The notes below the pieces were generated by a model. That model was not told the DNA's origin. It saw only the letters and a list, made by a program, of their open reading frames with translations, and made no database searches. Shown in pieces: positions 47,372 to 56,543 of a stretch of 64,000 nucleotides of DNA. The position numbers and the translations under genes are program-made. This DNA comes from Abditibacterium sp. (GTDB taxonomy: Bacteria; Armatimonadota; Abditibacteriia; Abditibacteriales; Abditibacteriaceae), in the NCBI GenBank assembly GCA_965246885.1, contig OZ251992.1:3418671-3482670 (forward strand), written 5' to 3'. Positions within the stretch are counted from its first letter, which is position 1; the number at the start of each line of letters is the position of its first letter.

Positions 47372-48028
47372 ATGAATAAAGCCCCCTTTCCCGGCGAAAT
47401 CTCGCTCGTCGAAGCGCAGCGAACCGTCCGGCGGCACCTTGGGCCGCGCGTCAATGTGTTTATCGAAGGGCGTTTCTCGTTCGCTTTGGGTTTGGATGTC
47501 GCCGGGAAACACGGACTGCGCCCCGGCTTGGTGCTGGACGCGGGCGCCATCGAAGAACTCCTCCGCGAGGACGGCGAGGGGAAGGCCCTCACCAGCGCGC
47601 TGGGATTTCTCGGCCACCGCGCGCGAAGTGAGGCCGAAATCCGCGCGCGTCTGGCCAAAGACGAATGGGACGAATCGGTCATTGCTCGCACGTTGGGACG
47701 GCTACGCGAACTCAAGTTAGTGGACGACGAGCAGTTCGCCCTCCAGTGGGTCGAGAACCGCTCCCGCTTCAAGCCGCGCGGGGGGCGCCTGCTCTCCCAA
47801 GAACTGCGACACAAAGGCGTCGAGCGCGACGACATCCAAGCCGCCCTGCCCGACGGCGACGCGGAAACCGACAACGCCCTGCTCGCCTTGCAAAAGACCG
47901 CCCGCAAATGGGAGCGCTTCCCCGACGAACGCGAGCGGCAACAAAAGGCCATCGAGTTCCTCGCCCGGCGCGGCTTCGGCTTCTCCACCGCAAAAGCCGC
48001 ATGGGCACGCTTCGGCGAGGAGGATTGA
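47372..48028 (+). CDS. recX: RecX regulatory protein
   Basis: RVNVFIEG..F, RARSEAEIRARL, LVDDEQFA..WV, LSQELRHKGV, FLARRGF. Confidence 0.9.
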   Translation: MNKAPFPGEISLVEAQRTVRRHLGPRVNVFIEGRFSFALGLDVAGKHGLRPGLVLDAGAIEELLREDGEGKALTSALGFLGHRARSEAEIRARLAKDEWDESVIARTLGRLRELKLVDDEQFALQWVENRSRFKPRGGRLLSQELRHKGVERDDIQAALPDGDAETDNALLALQKTARKWERFPDERERQQKAIEFLARRGFGFSTAKAAWARFGEED

Positions 48029-48079
48029 GGCGGCGCGAGTGGCCGCGTCCTGCGGGCCGCTTCGCGCGTCCGGTAAGGC

Positions 48080-49234
48080 ATGAACGCGACTCGCGTGTAT
48101 CTCGACAACGCCGCCACGACGCCGCTTCTTCCCCTCGCGCGCGCTGCGATGGAACCGTATCTGGGCGGCAGTTATGGCAACGCTTCCAGCCCGTATGCCC
48201 TCGCCCGCGACGCGCGCATGGCACTCGACGGCGCGCGCACCCAAGTCGCGCGACTCATCGGCGCGCACGCCGACGAGATCGCGTGGACGGGGGGTGGAAC
48301 CGAAGCCGACAATTGGGCGCTTTTGGGCGTGGCACTCGCGCATTTCGAGGAGCGCGGGCACTTCGTCGTCTCCTCCATTGAACACCACGCCGTTCTCGAA
48401 CCCGCCCAGACGTTGCGCGAGCTTGGCTTCGAGGTGGATTTTGCGCGCGCTAACGCGAGCGGCATCATCGAGCCAGACGAGGTTGCGCGCCTCTTGCGCC
48501 CCGACACGCGCATGGTGTCCTTGATGAGCGCCAACAACGAAATCGGCACGCTCCAACCCGTCGCCGAAGTGGCCCGCCTATGCCGTGAGCGCGGCGTCTT
48601 GTTCCACGTGGACGCCACGCAAAGCGCCGGGAAAGAGCCGCTTGATGTGGACTTTGCGGTTCAAAATGGCGAGTCGGGCGGCTGCGACTTGATGACGCTT
48701 TCCGCGCACAAACTGGGCGGCCCCAAAGGAGCGGGCGCCTTGTATATCCGGCGCGGCACGCGGATGAAGCCGTTTCTGCGCGGCGGCGCGCAGGAGCGTG
48801 GGCGCAGGGCGGGAACCGAGAACGTCGCCGCCATCGCCGGGTTTGGCGAAGCGGCACGGCTTGCTCTCGACAACCTGAGCGCCAACGCCACGCGCTTGAC
48901 GTCCTTGCGCGCGCGGCTCGAAGAGGGTTTGAAAGACTTACCCGGCGTGGAGATCGTCGCCGAGAACGCGCCGCGCGCGCCGCATATTTCGTCGTTCATT
49001 GTGCGCGGCAAGCGCGCCGAATCGCTCGCCCTTGGCCTCGACTTGCGCGGTTTTGCCGTCGGCACGGGCAGCGCGTGCGCGTCGGGCGCCCTCGAACCCT
49101 CGCACGTCCTCGCCGCGATGGGCTTTGACCGCGACGACGCCCGTTCCGTCCTGCGCGTCTCGCTCGGAGAAGGGAACAGCGCGGCGGACGTGGACGAGTT
49201 CGTCGCGGAGCTTAGGCGTCTGGCGCACAAGTAG
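48080..49234 (+). CDS. iscS: Cysteine desulfurase (IscS/NifS family)
   Basis: YLDNAATTP, SSIEHHAV, ANNEIG, SAHKLGGPKG, GSACASG. Confidence 0.92.
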   Translation: MNATRVYLDNAATTPLLPLARAAMEPYLGGSYGNASSPYALARDARMALDGARTQVARLIGAHADEIAWTGGGTEADNWALLGVALAHFEERGHFVVSSIEHHAVLEPAQTLRELGFEVDFARANASGIIEPDEVARLLRPDTRMVSLMSANNEIGTLQPVAEVARLCRERGVLFHVDATQSAGKEPLDVDFAVQNGESGGCDLMTLSAHKLGGPKGAGALYIRRGTRMKPFLRGGAQERGRRAGTENVAAIAGFGEAARLALDNLSANATRLTSLRARLEEGLKDLPGVEIVAENAPRAPHISSFIVRGKRAESLALGLDLRGFAVGTGSACASGALEPSHVLAAMGFDRDDARSVLRVSLGEGNSAADVDEFVAELRRLAHK

Positions 49235-49239
49235 CGGTG

Positions 49240-50553
49240 TTAGGCGCGCGCTTCCAAGCGCATCGGGAGCGCCCCGCGCGGGCGAAGCGTCACGCTTGGT
49301 TCCAAGCGTAAGGGCGCAACTGGCGCGGCGCGGAAGCGTTGCGCGAGGGTGGCGAGGCACAGCGTCGCTTCCATCCACGCGAAGTTTTCGGCTAAGCACG
49401 CGCGCTGTCCGGCGCCAAAGGGCAGGTAACTCCATTTCGTCGGCGCCCACCCGCCCACCCATCGCTCCGGCAAGAAGGCGCGCGCGTCGGGCCAAAAGCG
49501 CCGGTCGCGCCCCAACACGAACGGCGACACGAACACCGTTGTGCCTTCGGGAACCGCAAAGCGTCGCCCCTGCGATTCGAGTTCGAGCGGCTCCAAGGCG
49601 CGCCGCGCCACAATCCACGCGGGCGGGAGCAACCGCATCGCTTCCGATAACACCGCCCGCGTCCACGTCAGTTGCTCCAAGTCCTCGCCCGTCGCGTCGC
49701 GGCCCGCCAGCACCGCCCCAAGTTCCGCGTCCAAGCGCGCCCGCGCGTCGGGGTGGCGCCCCAAGAACCACCACGCAAAAGTGAGCGCGTTGGCCGTTGT
49801 CTCGTGTCCGGCGAGCAGGAGCGTCATCGCTTCGTCGCGCATCTCCTCGTCGTTCAAGGGCTGCCCGAAGTCGTCGCTCGCCCGCAAAAGGACGGACAGA
49901 GCGTCGTCGCCCACCGCACCCTCGGCCCGCTTTTGCGCGAGAAGCGCATACACGAGGCCGTCCAGTTCCCCGCGCACGGAAGCGAAGCGCCGTTTCACGG
50001 GCGGGAGCGCCTCATACCAATCGCCAACCGGCGTCATCGCGCCGTTGAACAAACGCATCCCCTCATCGAGCGCCGCGCCTATGCGGGCCGTTGGCGCGGT
50101 TAATCCGGCGCCGAACACAGTGCGGGACACGATGGACAGAGCCAGTTCCGACATCGCCGCGTGCATGTCCACGACCGCCCCATCTCGCCAACTCGCTCGC
50201 GTTTCGAGTGCGCTGTCAACGATGCTTGCCGCGTAGAACGGCAGCCGCCCCGCCGCAAAGAGCGGCTGGAGCAAGCGCCGCCGCGCGCGGTGCTTGTCGC
50301 CGTGCGAGCCAAGAATCCCGTCGCCCAGCAAGCGCGCCGTCTTTTCCACGCCGCGCGCTTTGCTCCACTTGGCGGGGTTTTCGACCAGTATTTGCCGCGC
50401 CAATTCCGGGTGCGCCGACAGCCACACGCGCGGGCGCAGTTGCACGAGGTCGCCATAACGCGCCGCCGAGCGCGCCAGAAACTGCGGCAGTTCGCGCCGC
50501 CCCCACACGGCACGCCACAGCGCGGGGGATAGGGGGATTTGTCGCGGCGTCAT
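49240..50553 (-). CDS. Cytochrome P450
   Basis: AGHETTA I-helix, EAMR (ExxR), PERW, PFGAGQRAC heme ligand loop. Confidence 0.94.
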   Translation of the reverse strand: MTPRQIPLSPALWRAVWGRRELPQFLARSAARYGDLVQLRPRVWLSAHPELARQILVENPAKWSKARGVEKTARLLGDGILGSHGDKHRARRRLLQPLFAAGRLPFYAASIVDSALETRASWRDGAVVDMHAAMSELALSIVSRTVFGAGLTAPTARIGAALDEGMRLFNGAMTPVGDWYEALPPVKRRFASVRGELDGLVYALLAQKRAEGAVGDDALSVLLRASDDFGQPLNDEEMRDEAMTLLLAGHETTANALTFAWWFLGRHPDARARLDAELGAVLAGRDATGEDLEQLTWTRAVLSEAMRLLPPAWIVARRALEPLELESQGRRFAVPEGTTVFVSPFVLGRDRRFWPDARAFLPERWVGGWAPTKWSYLPFGAGQRACLAENFAWMEATLCLATLAQRFRAAPVAPLRLEPSVTLRPRGALPMRLEARA

Positions 50554-50572
50554 GGGGTGGAGTTTGGCGCCC

Positions 50573-53119
50573 TCATAGTATCGAGAGCGCGTCTATGTCC
50601 ACAATGAACCCTTCCTTCTCGTCGGGCGGCAGGGCGTCGTAAGCATGCAGGACGCGGTGCAAGCGCGGTCGGGAGCGGTCGCGTAAGAGAAGGTGGAAGC
50701 GGAACTTGTTCTTGACGCGCGACAGAGGGCACGAGACGGGGCCGAGCAGGTCGGTTCCGCCGCCGCTTTGCGCGATGGCATCTTGGAAGCGCGCGGCCAA
50801 GCGTTCCAAGCGCGACTTGGCGAGGGCTTCGTCGGTGTGCGAAGAGACGACGTTGACGGCGTGCGAAAAGGGCGGGTTGGGTATTTGTTGGCGCGCCTCG
50901 ATTTCGGCGAGGACGAACGCGTCGAAGTCGTGCTTCGAGGCCGCGACGATGGCGGGGTCGTCCGCCGCGAGGGTTTGAATCAAGACTTGACCGGGCACTT
51001 CCCCGCGTCCGGCGCGGCCCGCGACTTGGGAGAGGAGTTGGAAGGTGCGCTCGGCGGCGCGAAAGTCCGGCACGTTGAGGGCCGTGTCCGCCGAAATGAC
51101 GCCCACTAAGGTGACGCGCGGGAAGTCGAGGCCCTTGGTCACCATCTGCGTGCCGATGAGAACCGGCGCGCGGCCCGCGCGGAACTCGCCCAAAATCTGC
51201 GCGTGCGCGCCCTTGGCGATGGTCGTGTCGCGGTCGAGGCGGAGCACCGATACCTTGCCCAAGCCGCGCTCGGAAAAGAGTTGCTCAACTTCCCACGCGA
51301 CTTTCTCGGTTCCGGCGCCGTTGAATCCGAGCATCCACCCGTCGCACTGGGAGCAGCGCGTGGGCGCGGGCTTGACGTGGTCGCAGTGGTGGCAACGCAG
51401 CGTGCCCTCGTTCTTGTGGTGCGTGAGCGACACGTCGCAGTTCGGGCAGCCCTCGGCGTGCCCGCAGCCCAGACACTGGATATACGTCGAAAAGCCGCGC
51501 CGGTTGAGGAACAGAATGGCCTGCTCGCCGCGCCCGACAGTCGCAACCAACTCGTCCGCCAAGCGGCGTGACAGAATCGGAAGCGCGCCCGCATTGGCTT
51601 CGGTGGTCATATCCACTATCTCGATGGACGGCAAGGAGCGCCCCGACACGCGCCGCTTCATGACGGCATGGCCATACTCCCCGCGAATGGCGCGCGAGTA
51701 AGACTCCAAGGACGGCGTGGCGCTACCAAGCACCAGCACGCCGTTTTCCATCCCGCACCGCTTGAGCGCGACCTCGCGCGCGTGGTAGCGCGGCGTCTTG
51801 TCCTGCTTGTAGGAGCCGTCGTGTTCCTCGTCTATGATGAGCAGGCCGAGGTTGCGAATCGGCGCGAACACCGCCGAACGCGCCCCGACCACGATGCGCG
51901 CTTCGCCGCTTCCGGCGCGGCGCCACTCGTCGAAACGCTCGCCCGCGCCCAGCGCCGAGTGCAATATCGCCACTTGCGAGCCGAAGCGACGCTGGAATAT
52001 CTCTACCGTTTGCGCCGTGAGCGCAATCTCTGGCACGAGAACGAGGGCGCAACGGCCTCCTTGCAAGCACTTCTCGATGGCGTGCAAGTACACCTCTGTT
52101 TTGCCGGACGCCGTCACGCCTTGAAGGAGAATCGTTTGCGGCGCGACGCGGTTATTGAGCGATTCGCCGATTTGCGCGACAGCGCGCGCTTGCTCGTCCG
52201 TCAGTTCGACTGCCGCCTTGACTTGCGCTTGCGCGGCGGGCGCACGCCACGCTTCGATGTGCCCCCAGTCGAGCGCGCCTTTGGCACACAAGGATTTCAA
52301 GGGCGCGATCTCCACGCCACCTCCGCGCAAGAGGTCGCCCGTCAGCACCCACTCCCCCTCCGCGTCCGCGACGAGGCGCAGCGCCAGATGCTGCTTGGGC
52401 GCCTTTCTTTTCAGGGCGTCGCCTTCTATCTCCAACAAGGCGCGGCCCCGCTCGGTCAAGCGCACCGCAGGCACGGCGCGGACTTTCACGCTTGTTTTCG
52501 AGGTTTGCGCGACCGCTAAGACTCCCATCTCCACCAAGCGCCGGAGCGCGTCCGGCTCGGCGGAAGTGCCCATCACCTTGGTCAGTTCCGTCGCCGTCAA
52601 GGGCTTCTTCGCCTTCCAAACGGCTTCGGCGAGCGCGAACAGCTTGGGCGTGCGCGCCAAATCGCGTAGGGCGCGCAGCGAATCTTCGGCGCAGAAATGG
52701 TAGCGCGCTTGCAATTCCGGCGTCGCCCCAGCGGGCATCCACATCTGCAAGCAGTCGAGAAGCGGACAGTGATAATACGCCGCCATCCAGCGCGCGATTT
52801 TGAGGGCCAGCCCGTCGAAAAGCGGCGCGTCGGACAGTTTCGCCTCGACCTCGCGCACTTGCGACGCATCAAAGGGCAACGAGCGCGCCCAACCAACGAC
52901 AAAACCCACGACCGTTCCGGTGCGAAGCGGCGCCGCCACGACATCGCCCAGCCGCAGTTGCCCTTGCAAGCGCGCGGGAACCGCGTAAGTGAGCGGCTCT
53001 TGAAATAGGGCGCCGCCGCGTTCGAGCAGAATTTCCACAAACGGAGGGGGCGCCGCGCCCGCATCCATCCCCAGATGGAGGGGCGGCGCGGCCAAAGGGG
53101 AGAGGGCTTCGGGCGGCAT
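50573..53119 (-). CDS. priA: Primosomal protein N' (PriA)
   Basis: GVTASGKTEVY, LVPEIALT, IDEEHDGSYKQ, four CxxC pairs, GTQMVTKGLDF, DFRAAER. Confidence 0.96.
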   Translation of the reverse strand: MPPEALSPLAAPPLHLGMDAGAAPPPFVEILLERGGALFQEPLTYAVPARLQGQLRLGDVVAAPLRTGTVVGFVVGWARSLPFDASQVREVEAKLSDAPLFDGLALKIARWMAAYYHCPLLDCLQMWMPAGATPELQARYHFCAEDSLRALRDLARTPKLFALAEAVWKAKKPLTATELTKVMGTSAEPDALRRLVEMGVLAVAQTSKTSVKVRAVPAVRLTERGRALLEIEGDALKRKAPKQHLALRLVADAEGEWVLTGDLLRGGGVEIAPLKSLCAKGALDWGHIEAWRAPAAQAQVKAAVELTDEQARAVAQIGESLNNRVAPQTILLQGVTASGKTEVYLHAIEKCLQGGRCALVLVPEIALTAQTVEIFQRRFGSQVAILHSALGAGERFDEWRRAGSGEARIVVGARSAVFAPIRNLGLLIIDEEHDGSYKQDKTPRYHAREVALKRCGMENGVLVLGSATPSLESYSRAIRGEYGHAVMKRRVSGRSLPSIEIVDMTTEANAGALPILSRRLADELVATVGRGEQAILFLNRRGFSTYIQCLGCGHAEGCPNCDVSLTHHKNEGTLRCHHCDHVKPAPTRCSQCDGWMLGFNGAGTEKVAWEVEQLFSERGLGKVSVLRLDRDTTIAKGAHAQILGEFRAGRAPVLIGTQMVTKGLDFPRVTLVGVISADTALNVPDFRAAERTFQLLSQVAGRAGRGEVPGQVLIQTLAADDPAIVAASKHDFDAFVLAEIEARQQIPNPPFSHAVNVVSSHTDEALAKSRLERLAARFQDAIAQSGGGTDLLGPVSCPLSRVKNKFRFHLLLRDRSRPRLHRVLHAYDALPPDEKEGFIVDIDALSIL

Positions 53120-53182
53120 CGGCTGCCAGTTTACGAGGTGCGCTTCGGGTTTTCGCGCCGCGCGAAACGGTGACAAGAACAC

Positions 53183-53216
53183 AAAAAGCCCCCGCAACGC
53201 CTTGTTGCGGGGGCTT
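53183..53216 (-). terminator. Intrinsic terminator
   Basis: Minus strand aagcccccgcaac-aaggc-gttgcgggggctt-ttt, just after the stop at 53231. Confidence 0.85.
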
Positions 53217-53230
53217 GAGTCAAACGCTTC

Positions 53231-54256
53231 TTACATTCCGGGCATCGCGGTGCCCGTTGCGGGAGCCGCCGCGCCAGTCGCGGGGGCCATCGTGCCGGGG
53301 GCCATTGTTCCGTCTTTCATGCCGCCGTCCATCATTGCGCCGGACGGATCATAAGGCGTGTATGCCATTTTGCCCGTGCCGATTTCGGTGGCCGACTCGC
53401 CGCCGAAGAAGTTCAAATTGAACTTGAAGAGCGTGCTGGTCGGGTCGGTGTCCACCTTGCCAAAGCCAAAAGCGCCGAGCGTGTGGCCATTCACGGAGAC
53501 ACCCGTCGCCACGACGCGCTTCGCATACGGGGAAACGGTGCCGTAACGAGGGGACTCCTCATAACCATCCACCACAACGAGGGCGCCTTTGAGAAGCGGC
53601 GCGACACCTTCGGGCGCGGTTGAGGCTTGCGGCACGCGGTTGTTCATGGGCACGCGGACGAAGGTGGTCTTGTCGAGGATAATCGCCAAAATTTGGCCCG
53701 AATCCGGGTCAGCGACGGCTCCGGTCAGCTTGCCCTCTATTTGTTTGGACTTGGTGCCGATCTGGATGTAGGGCTGGCTGCGCAGATACGACAGGTCGGA
53801 AGCGCCGGACGGCATCATCATGGTCGCCGGAGTCGGCATGGCAGCGCCAACGCCCGCGAGGTCGTAATTCATGCCCGACGAGGTCACGGTGGCTGCGATT
53901 TGCGAACCAACTGGAGCCGTCGCTAACAAACGCCCCGCCATCGAAGGCGAAAAATGCACGCGCTTGACCCCATCGGCGGCCTGCACGTCCATCGCGGACA
54001 CAAAGCCCGCGCGGTCGGTGTAATAGCGGGTCACGGTGCCCGAAACCGGCGACGGGGTCATGGACATACTGCTGGCACTCATGTCGCCCGCCATTGGCGC
54101 GGCTTTCATATCGCCCATCGCGGGGGTGGTGGCAGTGTTATCCATCGCGGCGGCGTCGGCCATTTTGTGGTGATGGCCTTTGGCCTGCGCACCCGTCGAG
54201 AGCGCCAAAGCGCCAATAACCAAACCCAGAGATGCTGATTTGCAAATGTTGTTCAT
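53231..54256 (-). CDS. Secreted hypothetical protein with Met/His-rich termini
   Basis: Signal peptide ending GAQA; GHHHKM.. Met-rich linker; own terminator. Confidence 0.78.
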   Translation of the reverse strand: MNNICKSASLGLVIGALALSTGAQAKGHHHKMADAAAMDNTATTPAMGDMKAAPMAGDMSASSMSMTPSPVSGTVTRYYTDRAGFVSAMDVQAADGVKRVHFSPSMAGRLLATAPVGSQIAATVTSSGMNYDLAGVGAAMPTPATMMMPSGASDLSYLRSQPYIQIGTKSKQIEGKLTGAVADPDSGQILAIILDKTTFVRVPMNNRVPQASTAPEGVAPLLKGALVVVDGYEESPRYGTVSPYAKRVVATGVSVNGHTLGAFGFGKVDTDPTSTLFKFNLNFFGGESATEIGTGKMAYTPYDPSGAMMDGGMKDGTMAPGTMAPATGAAAPATGTAMPGM

Positions 54257-54349
54257 ATGGTTTTCTACCTTTGTGTCTCGCGTCACACACGGCGCGCGAG
54301 GCCGCCTAACGGCACGGCTACGGGGCAAAATCGCAAATCGAGTGCCTTT

Positions 54350-55063
54350 TCAGACGCCCCGCTTTTGCCCCCAGAGTAATACATGAATCTGCGGAAGCAC
54401 GGTCACTTCGCGCCAGCCATCGCGCGCGGCCCGCTCCACCAACCACTCCACCCCGCGCGTTATCTGCTCTGCCCCGCCCCCTTTCTCTTCTCCTGCCGGA
54501 ACCGTGCCCACTGACAAGAAAAACGGCACCTCCGGGAAAAGCGCGGAAACTTTGCGCGCGAAGCGGTAATCCCCCTCGTCAAAGACCACCACTTTCAGGG
54601 AAACTCTCGTTTCCCCACCCCGCGCCACCTCGACGCACCGCCGCAGCGCCGCCTCCTCGAACGTCATGCCCGACGAGGGCGGTTTGGGCGACAGCGTCAG
54701 GTCATCGAGCGCCGCCAACCACCCCGGCGCGTGCGTGCCCTGCGTTTCGAGGGCGAAGCTATGCCCGCGCGCGTGCCCCCTCTCCAACAGTTCGCCCAAA
54801 GGCCACAGCGCCGGGTTGCCCCCCGATACCGTGACCAGAATCGGTTGCCCGAACGACAACTGCTCCACGCGCTCGATAATCTGCGCCGCGCTCATCGGCA
54901 CCCACTCATGCCGGTGCTCCGGCAAGACCGCGTAAAGGGTGTCGCACCATGCGCACCGGCTGTTGCAGCCGCCGGTGCGCACGAAGACCGTCAGGCGTCC
55001 GGCGAGGGCGCCCTCGCCTTGAAGAGTGGGGCCAAAGATTTCGGAGATTAAGATGTCGAGCAT
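54350..55063 (-). CDS. queE: 7-carboxy-7-deazaguanine synthase (radical SAM)
   Basis: EIFGPTLQGEG, VRTGGCNSRCAWCDT, SGGNPAL, ETQG, TLSPKPPSSG, LPQIHVLLWG. Confidence 0.93.
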   Translation of the reverse strand: MLDILISEIFGPTLQGEGALAGRLTVFVRTGGCNSRCAWCDTLYAVLPEHRHEWVPMSAAQIIERVEQLSFGQPILVTVSGGNPALWPLGELLERGHARGHSFALETQGTHAPGWLAALDDLTLSPKPPSSGMTFEEAALRRCVEVARGGETRVSLKVVVFDEGDYRFARKVSALFPEVPFFLSVGTVPAGEEKGGGAEQITRGVEWLVERAARDGWREVTVLPQIHVLLWGQKRGV

Positions 55064-55593
55064 GAGGAGTTTGGCGCGAAGAACTGACGCATGGGATGGT
55101 CGTCGGGAAGCCACTCTTCGAGGGCGGCTTGGAAGTCGCGTTGCTCGCACAAGAACAATGGCAGCCAGATGAAATTGCGCCGCGTTCTCGTCGAAACGAG
55201 CAAATACGGCGCGAACAGCCATTGGCGGCGGCGCACTTCGGAAATCTCCTCCCAAGATACGCGCCGCGCCCAACCGATGAACGCGCGGCCCCGCAATTCC
55301 CGTTCGTCGGCGCGAATCGGGAAGAAGCGGTGAATCAGCAACCCCGATAACGCGCCGCCAAAGACGACTTTGAAGGCGCCGAAAATCAGGAGAATCGCTT
55401 TTGCCCCCGATGGGGCGACCAGCGCCGCGCCCGCCCAAGGCAGGCCCAGCGTCGCTTGCGACAGGGCAAAGGGCGCGAAGCGGAGCCGGAACGGTCGCAG
55501 CCGCGCGTGCTCGACGGGGCGCTCGTCGCGCAAATACCGCCACAAGCGGCGCGGAAGGAGCATTGGCAAAGAGCGCAGCAGTTCACGCAGCAT
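55048..55593 (-). CDS. Hypothetical membrane protein (two TM segments plus bPH-like domain)
   Basis: Overlaps both the queC stop and the queE start; hydrophobic pair followed by VSWEEISEV. Confidence 0.6.
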   Translation of the reverse strand: MLRELLRSLPMLLPRRLWRYLRDERPVEHARLRPFRLRFAPFALSQATLGLPWAGAALVAPSGAKAILLIFGAFKVVFGGALSGLLIHRFFPIRADERELRGRAFIGWARRVSWEEISEVRRRQWLFAPYLLVSTRTRRNFIWLPLFLCEQRDFQAALEEWLPDDHPMRQFFAPNSSCSTS

Positions 55594-56272
55594 AATCGGT
55601 CGGGTCTGGGACGCTGGCCAAGGCGAACGCTTCGCGCCGCTCCACGCACGTCCCGCACTTGCCACAGTGCACCTCGCCGCCCTCATAGCAACTCCACGTG
55701 CGCGCGAATGGCACGCCCAAACGCGCCCCGATGCGCACAATTTCGGCTTTGTCTATTTCCAGAAACGGCGCGCACAAGCGCAAATCGGGCGCTCCAAAGC
55801 CCGCGACCGCTTCGCGCTCCATCGCCTCGAACGCATGGATGAAGCCGGGCCGACAGTCGGGGTAGATGAAATGGTCGCCGCCGTGCACGCCGGTCGCCAC
55901 AAGGTTCGCCCCCTCATTGACTGCCACGCCATACGCAAGCGCGAGCAGAATCGCGTTGCGGTTCGGGACAACTGTCATCGCCATCGAAGGCGCCGCGTAA
56001 TGGCCGTGCGGGACTGCCACCTCCTCGCCCGTGAGCGCCGAGCCGGAAATGAGGCGACTAAAGCCGCGCAAGTCCACGACGTCGAAGTCGGCGTCCAAGC
56101 GCGTCGCGCACTCGCGGGCGAACTCCACTTCTTTGCGGTGGCGCTGCCCGTAATCGAAGGCGAGCAGGTGCAAGCGCGCGCCGTAGCTTGCTAACAGGTG
56201 CGCGAGCGTGACGGAATCCAAGCCGCCCGACACCACTGCGATGGCCCGTTGGCCTTGGAGATCGAGATTCAT
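55583..56272 (-). CDS. queC: 7-cyano-7-deazaguanine synthase
   Basis: SGGLDS, FDYGQRH..E, VPNRN, YPDCRP, TWSCY..CGKCGTCVER. Confidence 0.96.
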   Translation of the reverse strand: MNLDLQGQRAIAVVSGGLDSVTLAHLLASYGARLHLLAFDYGQRHRKEVEFARECATRLDADFDVVDLRGFSRLISGSALTGEEVAVPHGHYAAPSMAMTVVPNRNAILLALAYGVAVNEGANLVATGVHGGDHFIYPDCRPGFIHAFEAMEREAVAGFGAPDLRLCAPFLEIDKAEIVRIGARLGVPFARTWSCYEGGEVHCGKCGTCVERREAFALASVPDPTDYAA

Positions 56273-56369
56273 ATCCGGGAGTTTGGCGCACTCGCGGGAT
56301 TGTTTGGCCAGTGTGGGCGAAGCGGCGCCCCATGCGCGCCGACGAAATAATTAACTAACTGGCGCCCGC

Positions 56370-56484
56370 ATTAACCCGGCGGTTGGAAGAATTGCACTGG
56401 CGGCTGAGAAAATTGTACCGGCAATCGGAAGAACTGTACCGGCGGCTGAAAGAATTGTACCGGCAGCGCGATGGCCGGGTTAAT
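56370..56484. repeat. Four 21-bp tandem units bracketed by 11-bp inverted repeats
   Basis: attaacccggc at 56370-56380 and gccgggttaat at 56474-56484; units at 56377, 56398, 56419 and 56440. Confidence 0.85.
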
Positions 56485-56543
56485 TTTTTTGCCCACGCCC
56501 TCAGGCCGCGCGTTGAACGCACCGCGCGGCAAACTGGTTGGGC

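Noticed and set aside
54350..56272. 7-deazaguanine DNA-modification (dpd) defence island
   Set aside because: No dpdA/tgt-like or other dpd genes adjacent; the context is housekeeping
56341..56360. AT-rich patch as a replication origin
   Set aside because: Too short, and no DnaA boxes were seen
56273..56370. preQ1 riboswitch upstream of queC
   Set aside because: No recognisable preQ1 stem with A-rich tail; a -10-like hexamer 7 nt from the ATG suggests there is no leader
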